This document shows positions 47,568 to 58,052 of a DNA stretch of 64,000 nt, piece by piece (the stretch's first letter is position 1; each line of letters opens with the position of its first letter). The notes under the pieces are model-generated. The model ran no database searches, was not told where the DNA came from, and worked only from the letters and a program-made list of their open reading frames with translations. The position numbers and the translations under genes are program-made. Source of the DNA: Spirochaetia bacterium. GTDB lineage: Bacteria; Spirochaetota; Spirochaetia; SP-2023. The stretch spans positions 288,001-352,000 of the forward strand of contig OZ253665.1 of the NCBI GenBank assembly GCA_965263295.1. Reading direction: 5' to 3'.

Positions 47568-50500
47568 TTAATAATCCATCGTTTCCTGCAATGAGTTCGG
47601 GTCTAATATATCGACCCAATAAGGCTTTACTTCTAGATTGAAGGTTGGAATCCCGATTTTGTTTTCCAAAATTTGCTTCAAGTTGTGGTCCGGCAAACTA
47701 CCCGGTACTAGGCCTTGGGCGGGAATGGAATTCTCCAACAAGTCAATGGTCTTCTTGGTAAGCAGTCGGGGGCGGAACAATAATTCGGGCGGGAGCTTTA
47801 ACTCTACTGTTTCTTCGCGGCTTAGTATATCAAGGTAGCCCATGGCTTGCATTAAATAGGCGAGGGCAATTTCTTCATTGCTAATCTTGGGACTTTGCAA
47901 GGTCTCGCGGTAGTAGGCAACACCAAGGTCATTTGCTAGACGCACCAGCATAAAGAGTCGGTCCCTAGCCTCCTGTGAATTTTGCGGGTCAAGAAGGAAA
48001 CTCCTGCGCAGGTCTTCTTGGATGTTGGAATATACTTCTTCCAGAATACCTTGTGCGCTATTATAGTTGCCTATCTGCAGTAAGCTGTTGCCCAGTGCGT
48101 ACTTGACTTTATAGTTATCAGGCAAGTGCAACCCGCTCTGGCGAAACTGTTCTACGGCGTGTTCAAAATTTTCTTGCTGATACAACTGTTGGCCGTAGCG
48201 ATAACGTAAATAAGAATCTTCAAAACCCATACTGCCGGCTTTTTGATAGTATGGAATGGCGCTGAGGGCATGGGGAATATTTTGATAGTAAAAATTGCCA
48301 AACATCCCGTAAACTTCAGCCATCTGCAATTGTTCAATGGGCAATTGACGCTCCTCCGCCTCTTTAACTTGCCTCAACAATTTATTGAGTACGTAACTGG
48401 CGTTAAAAATCTGTTCACTGCTGGAAATATATTTTGCTCTTTGTTCAGTCAGTGCCAGGTTCTCCAGTAAGTTGGGGGAAGTATTGCGATCGTCGCGGTA
48501 ATTGAGGAAAAATAGCGACATATTCAAAGCCTCTAACTCTTTGGCTCTGTCTCCGATGCGGGCATAATACTGAGCAAAAGAGCGATATACTTCCATACTG
48601 TCACTACTAATTTGGGAAGCATTCAGTAAAAGTTTTTTGGCTATTTCGACTTTGCCACGGTTTAGATAGTAATCTGCAGTCTCGCTCATAATTTGAGCAT
48701 AAAGTTTAGATGGTACTTCAAGTTCACGGGGGTTGGATTCCATAAAAAATGAGGTCAGCTTCTGTAACTGGTTTTTATGCGTGCTGAAAGGGGAGATGCG
48801 GATGTAATAGTCAAGCAGATACAGCAGTGGCAAGTCGTCTTTACTCTCAAGGGTGTAAGTTGCCGCAAAAACTTGACGAGCTTCTTCGTAATAGGCCGGA
48901 TCAATTTTCCCCCAATAAAGGTAGTTCTGCCCACGGATGATTAGAGACTGGTAGTCGCGACCAAAACGGTTATAATATCGTTGAATAGCTTCTTCGGCTT
49001 TGGCAAATTCTCCCATCTGTTCACTGAGTAACGAAATATATTGAAACCAGGCCGCCCTATAATTGGGATAGTGACGCAGGGTTTCGCGCAGTTTGAAAGT
49101 TGCTTCGGCAAAATCTTTACGTTCTGTATAAGCTTTTGCATAAAGTAGATACCAAGATTTATAAGGCCAACCTTTGACAAATAGGGAGTCGCCAAACAAC
49201 TGCCAGCCATTGGTTGCGAGAGTAAAATAACGTTCCGCATCGTTAAATCGGTCATGAAGAATTTCAGAGTGCCCTTTTTGATAGTACAGATAAGCCTGAA
49301 CAGGACGATAAAGAAAATAAAATGGGAGACCTAATAATAGGGCTAGTATTGAGATTCCGAAAAAGGCACGTCGGAGCAGAGGTATGCCGAGTTGGACAAA
49401 CTGCCGATAAAAAAGGTTATTGATTTGATCCCGGTCAATCGCATGGTAGCGCTGACCTTTGGGAAGCAATATGCGTTTGCCCGTTTGTGAGAAAAAGTAG
49501 TTGGCAACGTGGCGTGGATTGACGCCTGAGCTCACCATTTCAATCAGGGTTTCGACTGCTTCTTCGCGGAGCTCATTCTCGCCAATTTCTTCTTCGATAG
49601 CCAGTTTTAGGGCAATGGGGTAGGCGCAGAGCTGTAACAGAAACTCCCGGGCATTTTCATGAGAAATGCGGAATTCAAGCTCTTCAAATTCGTTTTCTTT
49701 GGCCTCGACTTCCTCTTCATTGATATTGAGCAAATCAATGCTGCGATGTTGATTTAAGGCCTTTTCCAATTGAGAAACACTCTCCAGTGTGGAGAGATTT
49801 TCAGAGTTTGGCGCGAGCAATTCGTCTGGTTCTCTGTCGCGTGACCCTCGGTCCGCCTTGGCTACTGTGCCGGATTCAGAACCTTCGCCTTCGGTCCCTC
49901 CGTCGAAAGAGCCAATCTGCGTCGTCGCTTCGGCTCCTAAATCCCCTGGTTTTTCTTGGATGTCTCCCTGTGTTTTGTAGGCAGGCTCAGCTGTGGGCGC
50001 TGGCTCATTCGTGGTTTCTTTAGTGGAATACTCAGGCGTTTCAAGCGCCTCGTCATTAGCGGATTGCTCTACTTGATCAAGTCCTGTTTGCGCAAGTGTA
50101 TCTGGGACTCCCTCGCCCGAAGGTTCAGAGCTGAAGCGCTCGCTGTCTAATTCTCCAAACCTTGTATCCAGCATCTTGTAAACATCCAATGGGACTTCCG
50201 GTGGAGCCGTAGCTTCTTCAGTTTGAAAATCTTCTTGCTCTATCGCCTCTAACTCTTGTACTGGCAGTTCATCCTCAGTTTCCTCAAGACTTTGTAAGAG
50301 TTGATTGATATCTGGTTCAGAATCATTGTCTGGGTTATTGACATCCTGGCCGTCATTCTGGTCGCCAAGCAAATCTTCAAACTCCCGCGGCACGGTATAC
50401 AGCGACTCTTCTTTTGGTTCATCGTCATCGTCCATGACAATTCCAGAGTCGGATTGCGCTTCCAGAATTTCGGGGTCTGAATTGAGCTCATCTAACCTGG

Positions 50501-50705
50501 TGCTGAGCTCTGCTTCTTCGGTATCAGCCTCGGTTTCTCCTCCGATTATTTCCCGCATCGTGGAGAGCTCAGGCATTAGTGGATCAGCACCCTCGTTTGG
50601 TTGAATATCTTCTAGCACCTCGTCGCGCGACTCTACGACAGCTGGTTCGTCACCTAGCTGATTTACCGCATTCTTAAAGGAGTTGAGATCCTGGATAGAT
50701 GGCAT
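47568..50705 (-). CDS. flcA: Periplasmic flagellar collar protein FlcA-like
   Basis: N-terminus MPSIQDL..F...LGDEP, a long acidic region, one TM segment and a TPR-rich periplasmic part; downstream of flgG. Confidence 0.7.
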   Translation of the reverse strand: MPSIQDLNSFKNAVNQLGDEPAVVESRDEVLEDIQPNEGADPLMPELSTMREIIGGETEADTEEAELSTRLDELNSDPEILEAQSDSGIVMDDDDEPKEESLYTVPREFEDLLGDQNDGQDVNNPDNDSEPDINQLLQSLEETEDELPVQELEAIEQEDFQTEEATAPPEVPLDVYKMLDTRFGELDSERFSSEPSGEGVPDTLAQTGLDQVEQSANDEALETPEYSTKETTNEPAPTAEPAYKTQGDIQEKPGDLGAEATTQIGSFDGGTEGEGSESGTVAKADRGSRDREPDELLAPNSENLSTLESVSQLEKALNQHRSIDLLNINEEEVEAKENEFEELEFRISHENAREFLLQLCAYPIALKLAIEEEIGENELREEAVETLIEMVSSGVNPRHVANYFFSQTGKRILLPKGQRYHAIDRDQINNLFYRQFVQLGIPLLRRAFFGISILALLLGLPFYFLYRPVQAYLYYQKGHSEILHDRFNDAERYFTLATNGWQLFGDSLFVKGWPYKSWYLLYAKAYTERKDFAEATFKLRETLRHYPNYRAAWFQYISLLSEQMGEFAKAEEAIQRYYNRFGRDYQSLIIRGQNYLYWGKIDPAYYEEARQVFAATYTLESKDDLPLLYLLDYYIRISPFSTHKNQLQKLTSFFMESNPRELEVPSKLYAQIMSETADYYLNRGKVEIAKKLLLNASQISSDSMEVYRSFAQYYARIGDRAKELEALNMSLFFLNYRDDRNTSPNLLENLALTEQRAKYISSSEQIFNASYVLNKLLRQVKEAEERQLPIEQLQMAEVYGMFGNFYYQNIPHALSAIPYYQKAGSMGFEDSYLRYRYGQQLYQQENFEHAVEQFRQSGLHLPDNYKVKYALGNSLLQIGNYNSAQGILEEVYSNIQEDLRRSFLLDPQNSQEARDRLFMLVRLANDLGVAYYRETLQSPKISNEEIALAYLMQAMGYLDILSREETVELKLPPELLFRPRLLTKKTIDLLENSIPAQGLVPGSLPDHNLKQILENKIGIPTFNLEVKPYWVDILDPNSLQETMDY

Positions 50706-50745
50706 TTCTAGTCGGCAATAATTGGTTTGTCAGTTGCAAGGGGTT

Positions 50746-51540
50746 TTAACGCTTGATATTGATAGCTGTATTGAGCATGCTGTCGCTGGTTTGTATTGCG
50801 CGCGAGTTAAATTCATAGGCACGATTTGCGACAATCATGTTGACCATTTCTTTAGCCATATTGACGTTTGAATATTCGAGAAAGTGCTGGTATAAAGTGC
50901 CCATACCTTTACCATCTTCGGGGCTGCCTTGAATTGCCTCGCCAGAGGCTGGGGTTTCCTGAAACACATTTTCACCGATGGCTTTTAGCCCCGCTGGGTT
51001 GACGAAGCGAAAGAGTTCAATATGACCTACGTCTTTCACATCGTTGTCAACGCGCACGTTGACCTTGCCGTCGCGGGTAATCGCCAGGTCATTTTCCAAA
51101 CTAATATTTTCCGGCAAGATGATTTCCGGCGACAGGCGGAAACCTTGTGCTGTAACAATTTGCTTGTTGGCGTCAACTTTGAAGGCCCCATTGCGAGTGT
51201 AGGCATATTCGCCATTCGGCATTTCCACGCGGAAAAAACCTTCGCCCTGAATGGCTATGTCCACAGGACTATCACTGGCTTTGACGACACCCTGATTAAA
51301 GATGCGCTGGGTTGCGGCAACGCGACTGCCGTGACCGACAGAAACGTCTAAAGGACGAAGAGTTTCGTCCGTGGCTGGGGTTCCGGCAAGTTTCTGATGG
51401 GCGTAGAGCAAGTCTTCGAACTCTGCTCGTACCTGGCGGTAGCCGACGGTATTTACGTTGGCCAAGTTGTTGGCTATCGTGTCAAAATATTGCTGAGTGC
51501 TGTTCATGCCTGAGGCGGCTGTCCAAAGGGAACGTATCAT
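50746..51540 (-). CDS. flgG: Flagellar basal-body rod protein FlgG
   Basis: MIRSLWTAASGM, IANNLANVNT, IQGEGFF, LEYSNVN, RAYEFNSRAIQTSD. Confidence 0.96.
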   Translation of the reverse strand: MIRSLWTAASGMNSTQQYFDTIANNLANVNTVGYRQVRAEFEDLLYAHQKLAGTPATDETLRPLDVSVGHGSRVAATQRIFNQGVVKASDSPVDIAIQGEGFFRVEMPNGEYAYTRNGAFKVDANKQIVTAQGFRLSPEIILPENISLENDLAITRDGKVNVRVDNDVKDVGHIELFRFVNPAGLKAIGENVFQETPASGEAIQGSPEDGKGMGTLYQHFLEYSNVNMAKEMVNMIVANRAYEFNSRAIQTSDSMLNTAINIKR

Positions 51541-51618
51541 AACTTTCTCCTTAAATTATATTTTGCATTTACGCTTGATTGGCTCGCCAAGACTTTAAAA
51601 TAAAGAATCCAGTTGATT

Positions 51619-52488
51619 TTATGCGTAAGTGCCGACTCCGTTGATTAAACGTCCCAGCAGCTGGTCGTCCGTCTGAATTACTTTTTGATTGGCTTCGTAG
51701 GCGCGCTGAATTTCGATCATATTTACCATTTCGGAAACGGCATTAATATTGGATTTTTCCAGCATCTTCCAGCGCACGACTGGGCGCTGATTCCCAGATA
51801 GCAATTGCGGCTCACCGCTGAGTGGAATATGTAAATTGCTTTCGTAGGCAGGCTTAAATAGGGAAGAACCCATTTTCTCTAAATGTTGGGGGCGATCAAA
51901 ATTGACAATTTTAATTCTGTCGAGCAGTTCTTCCGAATTCCAATTGTTGTCGCGTTCTGCCACCAGGCGTTGCGAATCATCTTGTAATTGAGGGTTGTAG
52001 TAAATACCGCCGTCACGTTCAATGCGGAAATTATTCAATTTTAGAGAGATAGGACCTGCCTCGCCCATGACTCGCAGGCCTTCTTTGGTCTCAAGAAAGC
52101 CTTCTGTCCCCAAGGTGAATTCGCCATTGCGGGTGTAGCGCTCACCCTGTGGCGTTTCAATTGCGAAAAAACCCTGGCCTTCAAGACCTATGTCATAGGG
52201 GTTTTCTGTCTCCACCAGGCTGCCTTGAGTAAAGTCGATAAATGTCTGGTTAGACTCAACACCGGTACCCATCATGCCAATTACAGGTGCATTGTCAATG
52301 CTGCCAATGGGCAGGCGCTGTACTTGGTCATTTAGGCGGCTGATTAACATTTCGGGGAATGCCTTCATGACTGAAATATCACGTTTAAAACCTGTCCGGT
52401 TGACGTTAGCCAAATTATTGGCCGCATTGTTCATGCGTTGTTCCTGGGCTTTTAGGCCGCTAGTGCTGGTATAGAAACTCCGTAACAT
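51619..52488 (-). CDS. flgF: Flagellar basal-body rod protein FlgF (FlhO-type)
   Basis: ANNLANVNRTGFK, RYTRNGEF, LEKSNINAV; precedes flgG. Confidence 0.85.
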   Translation of the reverse strand: MLRSFYTSTSGLKAQEQRMNNAANNLANVNRTGFKRDISVMKAFPEMLISRLNDQVQRLPIGSIDNAPVIGMMGTGVESNQTFIDFTQGSLVETENPYDIGLEGQGFFAIETPQGERYTRNGEFTLGTEGFLETKEGLRVMGEAGPISLKLNNFRIERDGGIYYNPQLQDDSQRLVAERDNNWNSEELLDRIKIVNFDRPQHLEKMGSSLFKPAYESNLHIPLSGEPQLLSGNQRPVVRWKMLEKSNINAVSEMVNMIEIQRAYEANQKVIQTDDQLLGRLINGVGTYA

Positions 52489-52591
52489 AAGCTGGGCCCT
52501 CTCTTGAATAAAATAGAATGGATCTAGACAGAACGCCTGAATTTTTGCTGAAAAACCCGTAATTTTATTTCGGGGCCTAGCTTTGAATGCT

Positions 52592-52912
52592 TTAGCTTTT
52601 TCTGAAATCCTGCTTTGAAAAAGTCTCGCTATGGGCTTGCTCCTGTCCTTGAGAATTTACGCTTTCCTGAGAAGGTGGGGAAGGTTTGGGAGGTTCTGGC
52701 TGTAATTTCGCCATGATGGTCGAGACGCTGGGGCAAGCCCCTCGATGGCTACAGGACTGACATTTGAGCGAGGCCGGACTTCGTCCCTGTCTCCATATCT
52801 GGCCGCTATTGCGCAACCAATGCAGGAGCCAAATTAGAACGGGAACACAAAGTATTACAAGCAGGGCTATACTGATCCACAAGCTGGCAGTTTGTGTCAT
52901 AATTTTCCTCAT
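52592..52912 (-). CDS. FeoB-associated Cys-rich membrane protein
   Basis: TM segment, then CQSCSHRGAC; abuts the feoB stop. Confidence 0.6.
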   Translation of the reverse strand: MRKIMTQTASLWISIALLVILCVPVLIWLLHWLRNSGQIWRQGRSPASLKCQSCSHRGACPSVSTIMAKLQPEPPKPSPPSQESVNSQGQEQAHSETFSKQDFRKS

Positions 52913-55198
52913 TTAGCCAAACAGCAGTCGGCTGAATTGAAAAAACATTAGGCTGGCGACGTAGGGTATAAGGAGGTAGGCAAAGGTTACACCCGTGACA
53001 AATTTGGCGCCAAATTCCTGGCGCATTGCCCCCAGCACTACGATGCAGGGAACTACGAGCAAGATGAAGATGGCAAAGCTCAGCGAGCGGATCGGTGCCA
53101 ACGGGTCGCCTTGCCAGAGATCGCGGACGGCACCGATAATGCCGCGGCCGTAGTCCGATTCGATGGCGCTCTCCGAACTCCCGCTAATGAAGCCAATAAT
53201 GTCAAAATGGAAGGCCTCCTGGATGCTTTCCCAGAGTAGGAAGCCCTGTTCGGCTAAACCCACGTGAAAATTGGTGACTGCGTCATCGCTGCCAGCTTCG
53301 GGCGCTGTGCTACCACCCATGAATTGACCCAGAGCCGCCAGGGCGCCCTCCTTAGCGATTATGGATGTCGGCATGGCTCCGATTAGTTGCCAACGATTGC
53401 CAAAGCCTAGCGGTTCAAATACGGGTTGAATCCACTTGGCAAAGCTGGCGGCGTAAGACTTTTCGATGTCGCCGTGGGCGGGGAAAAAAGTGAATAGCCA
53501 CAAGGCAATTAGCAACGCTAGAATGCGTGTCGAAGCGCGCTTGACGTAGCTCCAGGTGCGAAAGCCGGCGGTTTTGCCTAGAGACTGGAGCAGGGGCCAG
53601 CGATAAGGGGGCAAGTCTATGACAAAGGCTTTGCCGTCATTTTCGAAATAATGTAGGCGCTTGAGTAATAGACTGACCAGTACGGCTACCAATATGCCCA
53701 GCAGGTACAGGGAGACTACGGCAAAACCGGCCCACGGGCCGAGGAATGTCGCTGTAAATAAACCGAGAACAGGCATGCGTGCGCCGCAAGACATAAAACC
53801 AGCGAGAAAACCTGTGATGCGTTTCTCGCCTTCAGACTCAAGAGTGCGGGTGGCATAAATGGATGGGACGTTACAGCCAAACCCCATGAACAGCGGGATC
53901 AGGGATTTTCCAGAAACACCCATGCGTGCCATGCCGCGGTCGGCCATAAAAGCAATGCGCATCATGTAGCCACTTTCTTCCATAATACCGATCAGAATAT
54001 ACAGAATTAACATCAATGGTGTAAAGCTTAAGATCAGACCGAGGCCGGTCAATATGCCGTCGCGGATTAATGAGTTAAGCCAGAATGGCGCGTTGCCAGT
54101 TATCTTGCCGACTTGATCGTATAGAAAGCCCGAAAAGAACTGGTCCACAAAGCCAATAAAAGGATCGGCGAAGCTAAAGGTAATACTAAATACGATCAGC
54201 ATGGAAAATATGCCTAAAAAGGGTCCTAAAACGGGATGCAAGAGGACGTGGTCGGCCTTTTCGCTGTGGCTGAGGCGATGCTTGTCTTGTCCGCGAAACA
54301 AGCACTTTTGGGCGACTTCAGATGCCCGTTCCTTGAACCGCAGGAAACGTTGTTCAAAGTATTGATAATTGTGTTTTGGTTCTAGTTCATTGGTAGCGGC
54401 CTCCAGCAAGCCTAATTGCCGGTTCAGATTGGGCCGTTCACTCTCGGGCAGAATTTCCTGCAGGTTTTGCAGGCGGAGCAACTGTGGGAATTCGGCAAAA
54501 ATCTCGTGCCAGGTCAAAGGAGGAGGGGAGGCGTCTTGGCGCTGCGCCGCTTGTAAAACTTCAGCCAGGTTCGGCTGGCTCAGTAAATCTCTTTTAAGCA
54601 TGATGCGCCAGCCGGTTTGGTTTTTTGTGGATTGGGCTGTGACCTGGCTGTACAGTTGTTGTATTTTCTCCTTCAATTTGTCGACACCCGTTCTCAAACG
54701 GGCGGAAACCATCACGACGGGGTAAGCTAATTCGGCTTCCAGAGCCTGAGTATCAATGGTCCAGCCAAGTTTTTCCAATTCGTCGGCAAAGTTCAAGGCT
54801 ATAATCATGGGCACGTCCATGCTCTGGAATAACTCCCGCAGGCGCAAGGTCAGGCTTAAATTCTCGCGCAGATTGGATGCTTCGACGACGTTGACGCAGA
54901 CGGCCAGACTCTCGTCGAATAAAAAGTTACTGGCAATACATTGATCCTGGGTACTGCAGGAAGTGTCTCGGAGGCCAGGCAAGTCCATGAGATGCAGGTT
55001 TTGAGTTTGACCCTGCCATTGCCACTGAGTGTGGGCTTCGTAGCGTTCTACGGTGACACCCTGCCAGTTGCCCACGCGCAAACGGCTGCCGGCAAGGGCG
55101 TTAATCAGGGCGCTTTTGCCTACATTAGGCTTGCCACAAAACGCGATTACCGGGCGGCTGGCGGCACTTGTTTTTTCGTTAGTGTCTTCATTGGTCAT
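52913..55198 (-). CDS. feoB: Ferrous iron transporter FeoB
   Basis: GKPNVGKS, VGNWQGVTVE, DLPG, NFAD, GFGCNVP, FMSCGARMP. Confidence 0.96.
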   Translation of the reverse strand: MTNEDTNEKTSAASRPVIAFCGKPNVGKSALINALAGSRLRVGNWQGVTVERYEAHTQWQWQGQTQNLHLMDLPGLRDTSCSTQDQCIASNFLFDESLAVCVNVVEASNLRENLSLTLRLRELFQSMDVPMIIALNFADELEKLGWTIDTQALEAELAYPVVMVSARLRTGVDKLKEKIQQLYSQVTAQSTKNQTGWRIMLKRDLLSQPNLAEVLQAAQRQDASPPPLTWHEIFAEFPQLLRLQNLQEILPESERPNLNRQLGLLEAATNELEPKHNYQYFEQRFLRFKERASEVAQKCLFRGQDKHRLSHSEKADHVLLHPVLGPFLGIFSMLIVFSITFSFADPFIGFVDQFFSGFLYDQVGKITGNAPFWLNSLIRDGILTGLGLILSFTPLMLILYILIGIMEESGYMMRIAFMADRGMARMGVSGKSLIPLFMGFGCNVPSIYATRTLESEGEKRITGFLAGFMSCGARMPVLGLFTATFLGPWAGFAVVSLYLLGILVAVLVSLLLKRLHYFENDGKAFVIDLPPYRWPLLQSLGKTAGFRTWSYVKRASTRILALLIALWLFTFFPAHGDIEKSYAASFAKWIQPVFEPLGFGNRWQLIGAMPTSIIAKEGALAALGQFMGGSTAPEAGSDDAVTNFHVGLAEQGFLLWESIQEAFHFDIIGFISGSSESAIESDYGRGIIGAVRDLWQGDPLAPIRSLSFAIFILLVVPCIVVLGAMRQEFGAKFVTGVTFAYLLIPYVASLMFFQFSRLLFG

Positions 55199-55252
55199 TA
55201 ATTTATTCCTTTTCGCATTGTTATGGTCTAAGTGCCTAGCGCTAGGGGTTGA

Positions 55253-55498
55253 CTAATGGTTTGATTGAATATTGGGCAATAACTCAATTTGAATTTTCTG
55301 GGCAATATTTTTGCGTATTGCCACCATGTTGTCGCCAATTAGAAACGCTAACGGGTTGCCCAGCGGGGCTCTGCGCAAGAAACGAACTTCTGAGTTCAAA
55401 CTGACTTCCAGATTGAGAAGTTTACGGCGCAGCCCGACATCTCCATCAATTCTGACAATGCGGGCAATGTCACCTTTTTCCAACTGATTAAGGGTCAT
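55253..55498 (-). CDS. feoA: Ferrous iron transport protein FeoA
   Basis: MTLNQLEKG...LRRKLLNL...APLGNP; start at 55498 with an AGGAG RBS. Confidence 0.9.
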   Translation of the reverse strand: MTLNQLEKGDIARIVRIDGDVGLRRKLLNLEVSLNSEVRFLRRAPLGNPLAFLIGDNMVAIRKNIAQKIQIELLPNIQSNH

Positions 55499-55722
55499 AG
55501 GAAGCTCCTGAATATGGTATTGTGGCACAACTTCAATGTGCTGAGTCGCAATGTTGAATTGAGACTCTCTGTTTCTCAATGTTAAAATATGCAATAAAAT
55601 AGTTTATATTAAATTTTTAATTGTTGTGACATTTTGATAAAATTGGTGGTTGAATTACCTTACTCGGCAAGGGAAGCCAAAGTTTGTAAAGACCAAATCA
55701 CACAGATGGAAAAGATAGCACC

Positions 55723-55741
55723 ATTGATATTCATTGTCAAT
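55723..55741 (-). promoter_or_regulatory. Fur-box-like operator overlapping the -35 of the feoAB promoter
   Basis: ATTGATATTCATTGTCAAT matches TGATAATnATTATCA at 12/14. On the minus strand: TTGACA, 17 bp spacer, TATCTT. Confidence 0.6.
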
Positions 55742-55957
55742 ATCTTAACATAAATATCTGCGAAAATTGTTATTTGGAGGCATTTTGAATATTAAACTTT
55801 CAATGGTTGTGGCAGTCTCCCAAAATTTAGAGCTAGGCTTCCTAGCCTTTTGGTCGATTCTTGCTTATTATAGCCGCGAATATGCTTCCGGTTCGCAGCG
55901 CCCTCGTCTTTGTATCCCGGCGCCTGGAGCCGCCTTTGCCGATTACAGGAGATACTT

Positions 55958-57394
55958 GTGAATATTGATTTTCCCAAATTGATTTATTACGACCAGGATT
56001 TTATCCAAGCTTATCAGAAAACCTGGTTGAATTTAGAAGACTTCTGGAGTCCGAATCCCAAGGACGCCAGATCGTATTTTTTTCACAAGCCTGATTCTAG
56101 CGTTTTAAATCAATTTGAGGTCACGATGTCCGCATTCTCGTTGGTATATCAAGGCAAGCCTCAGCTAACGGTGCAACAGGTCGACTATTTTTACCAACAG
56201 CAGGAAGAAAACGGAGCCATTCGGGCCAATTATGATTTTAAAAGTGGTGCGGTAGTCGAACAAGAAGGCAACCCAGAGAATGTCAATCCCCCTCTGTTTG
56301 CTTGGCTAGAGTTTCATCTCTATTATAAGGTGGGATTGAAAAAGCGTATTCAGGAAATTTTTCCAAAGTTGGAGCGATATTTTCAGTGGATTGATGGCCA
56401 GTTCCGCGATGAAGAACTGGGCCTACTGAGGGCGCCGTTGGCCGCCGTTGGCTGGCAGAACTCGGTACGGCAGAAAGACGGGGCCGTTTACCTGATTGAC
56501 TTCAACGCTCAGCAATTGCTTAATGCTCATTACATGGCCATTATTGGTGACTTGCTCAACGATAAGGAAATAGCTTTCCGTTATCGGAAATACTATTTCT
56601 CGCTGAAAACTCGGATCATGAATCTGATGTGGGACCCTGCAAAGAAATTTTTTTATGATTTGGATGCCCAAGCTAAGCCAATTGCTTCGGCGACTCTTTG
56701 TAGTTATTGGATTATGCTCAGCGAAGTGCTGAATGAAGAGCGCTTGGAGCAGCTCATTGCAAAATTGAAGGATCCAGAGTGGTTTGGTTCGGATAACCCT
56801 TTCCCATGTTTGGCGCAGCATCACCCCGAATTTAGTCCCGAAGGCCGGGGCCACCATGGTTCGGTGTATCCAGAGCTCAGTTTTGTGGTGATCAAGGGTC
56901 TGGAAGTTTATCAGTATTATCGCCAGGCCCGTGAATTTGCCATTATGCACATGTACCATATACTTGATACATACTTTCTGGAGAGTGAATTTCAGCATGG
57001 TTTCTGGCAAGCGTACATGCCGTATGAAAATAAGCCCGCACTGGTCATCGAGTCGAACAGTCAGGACCGCATGGTGCAAGCCAGCGGTAATTTTGCCCAC
57101 ATGATTTCCTTAATTACAGTCAACCTGTTCATTGAGACGATTATCGGTTTAAATATCAGCTTGCCGCGCAAGACAGTGGACTGGGTGGTTCCGACTCTGG
57201 AAGAAATGGGGGTCCGGAATTTGTCCCTGCGGCGCAATATTATTTCGATCCAAACGCGCAAGAGTGTGCGTGGTTGGGAAATTCGTCTGGAGTCGGAGAA
57301 ACTATACTATTTTACAGTGGATATCCTGGACTACAAAAAAAAGACCTTACCCATTCCTTCGGGTAAATGTTCAATGTTGGTGGATAAGTTGTAA
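55958..57394 (+). CDS. GH63/MGH1-like (trehalase-fold) glycoside hydrolase homologue
   Basis: FYQQQEENGAI, NPPLFAWLE, LIDFNAQQ, MWDPAKKFFYD, GSVYP; GTG start after AGGAG. Confidence 0.75.
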   Translation: MNIDFPKLIYYDQDFIQAYQKTWLNLEDFWSPNPKDARSYFFHKPDSSVLNQFEVTMSAFSLVYQGKPQLTVQQVDYFYQQQEENGAIRANYDFKSGAVVEQEGNPENVNPPLFAWLEFHLYYKVGLKKRIQEIFPKLERYFQWIDGQFRDEELGLLRAPLAAVGWQNSVRQKDGAVYLIDFNAQQLLNAHYMAIIGDLLNDKEIAFRYRKYYFSLKTRIMNLMWDPAKKFFYDLDAQAKPIASATLCSYWIMLSEVLNEERLEQLIAKLKDPEWFGSDNPFPCLAQHHPEFSPEGRGHHGSVYPELSFVVIKGLEVYQYYRQAREFAIMHMYHILDTYFLESEFQHGFWQAYMPYENKPALVIESNSQDRMVQASGNFAHMISLITVNLFIETIIGLNISLPRKTVDWVVPTLEEMGVRNLSLRRNIISIQTRKSVRGWEIRLESEKLYYFTVDILDYKKKTLPIPSGKCSMLVDKL

Positions 57395-57409
57395 GGTAGA
57401 TAGTTTCAT

Positions 57410-58048
57410 ATGATTACTAATTTTAGTCTTACATCGCAAATTTTTGCGTTGCTGTATCATTTGCTAAATATTTATTACTTCATGGTTCTAATGCGCGTTG
57501 TGCTTAGTTGGTTTGTCAATAGCTATACTTTGGAGCGTCACTCATTCGGTTACTGGCTGTGTTTATTGACCGACCGTTTCCTCGGTTTTTTCCGGCGTTT
57601 ACCTTTTGCCGTGCTGGGCGGAGTCATAGATATTTCCCCGATCTTTGCCTTGTTGTCGATCAATCTGCTGCAGCGCTTTGTGCGCGGGTTGGGGGCTACG
57701 CAAAGCGCGTCTTTTGGCGTGGTGTTTGTGGGAATGCTTTTTCAGCTTTTGCTGGGGGCTGTTTCAATTGTGAAAACCGCAGTTCTCATCGTCACCTTGA
57801 TTTTATTATTCAGATTGTTGCATCTGCTGTTTAGCAAGCGGGCGAGCTACAATGTGGTATTGAGTCATATAGATTTTTACATTCGCAAACTGGTGCAGGG
57901 CCCTTTGTCTTTTCTAAATATTTCTAGCGGCAATTTTGGCATGCAGGTCACGGCACTATTTGTGATAGCTGTGCTGCTAACTTTTGCGCTTTCTTTAGGC
58001 GAGTCTGCCTTGGGTGCCTTTTTCTTGCGCGTTTTAGCGAATTTATAA
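57410..58048 (+). CDS. YggT family membrane protein
   Basis: LMRVVLSWF...LTDRFL..FRRLP...IDISPIFAL. Confidence 0.85.
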   Translation: MITNFSLTSQIFALLYHLLNIYYFMVLMRVVLSWFVNSYTLERHSFGYWLCLLTDRFLGFFRRLPFAVLGGVIDISPIFALLSINLLQRFVRGLGATQSASFGVVFVGMLFQLLLGAVSIVKTAVLIVTLILLFRLLHLLFSKRASYNVVLSHIDFYIRKLVQGPLSFLNISSGNFGMQVTALFVIAVLLTFALSLGESALGAFFLRVLANL

Positions 58049-58052
58049 TGGC

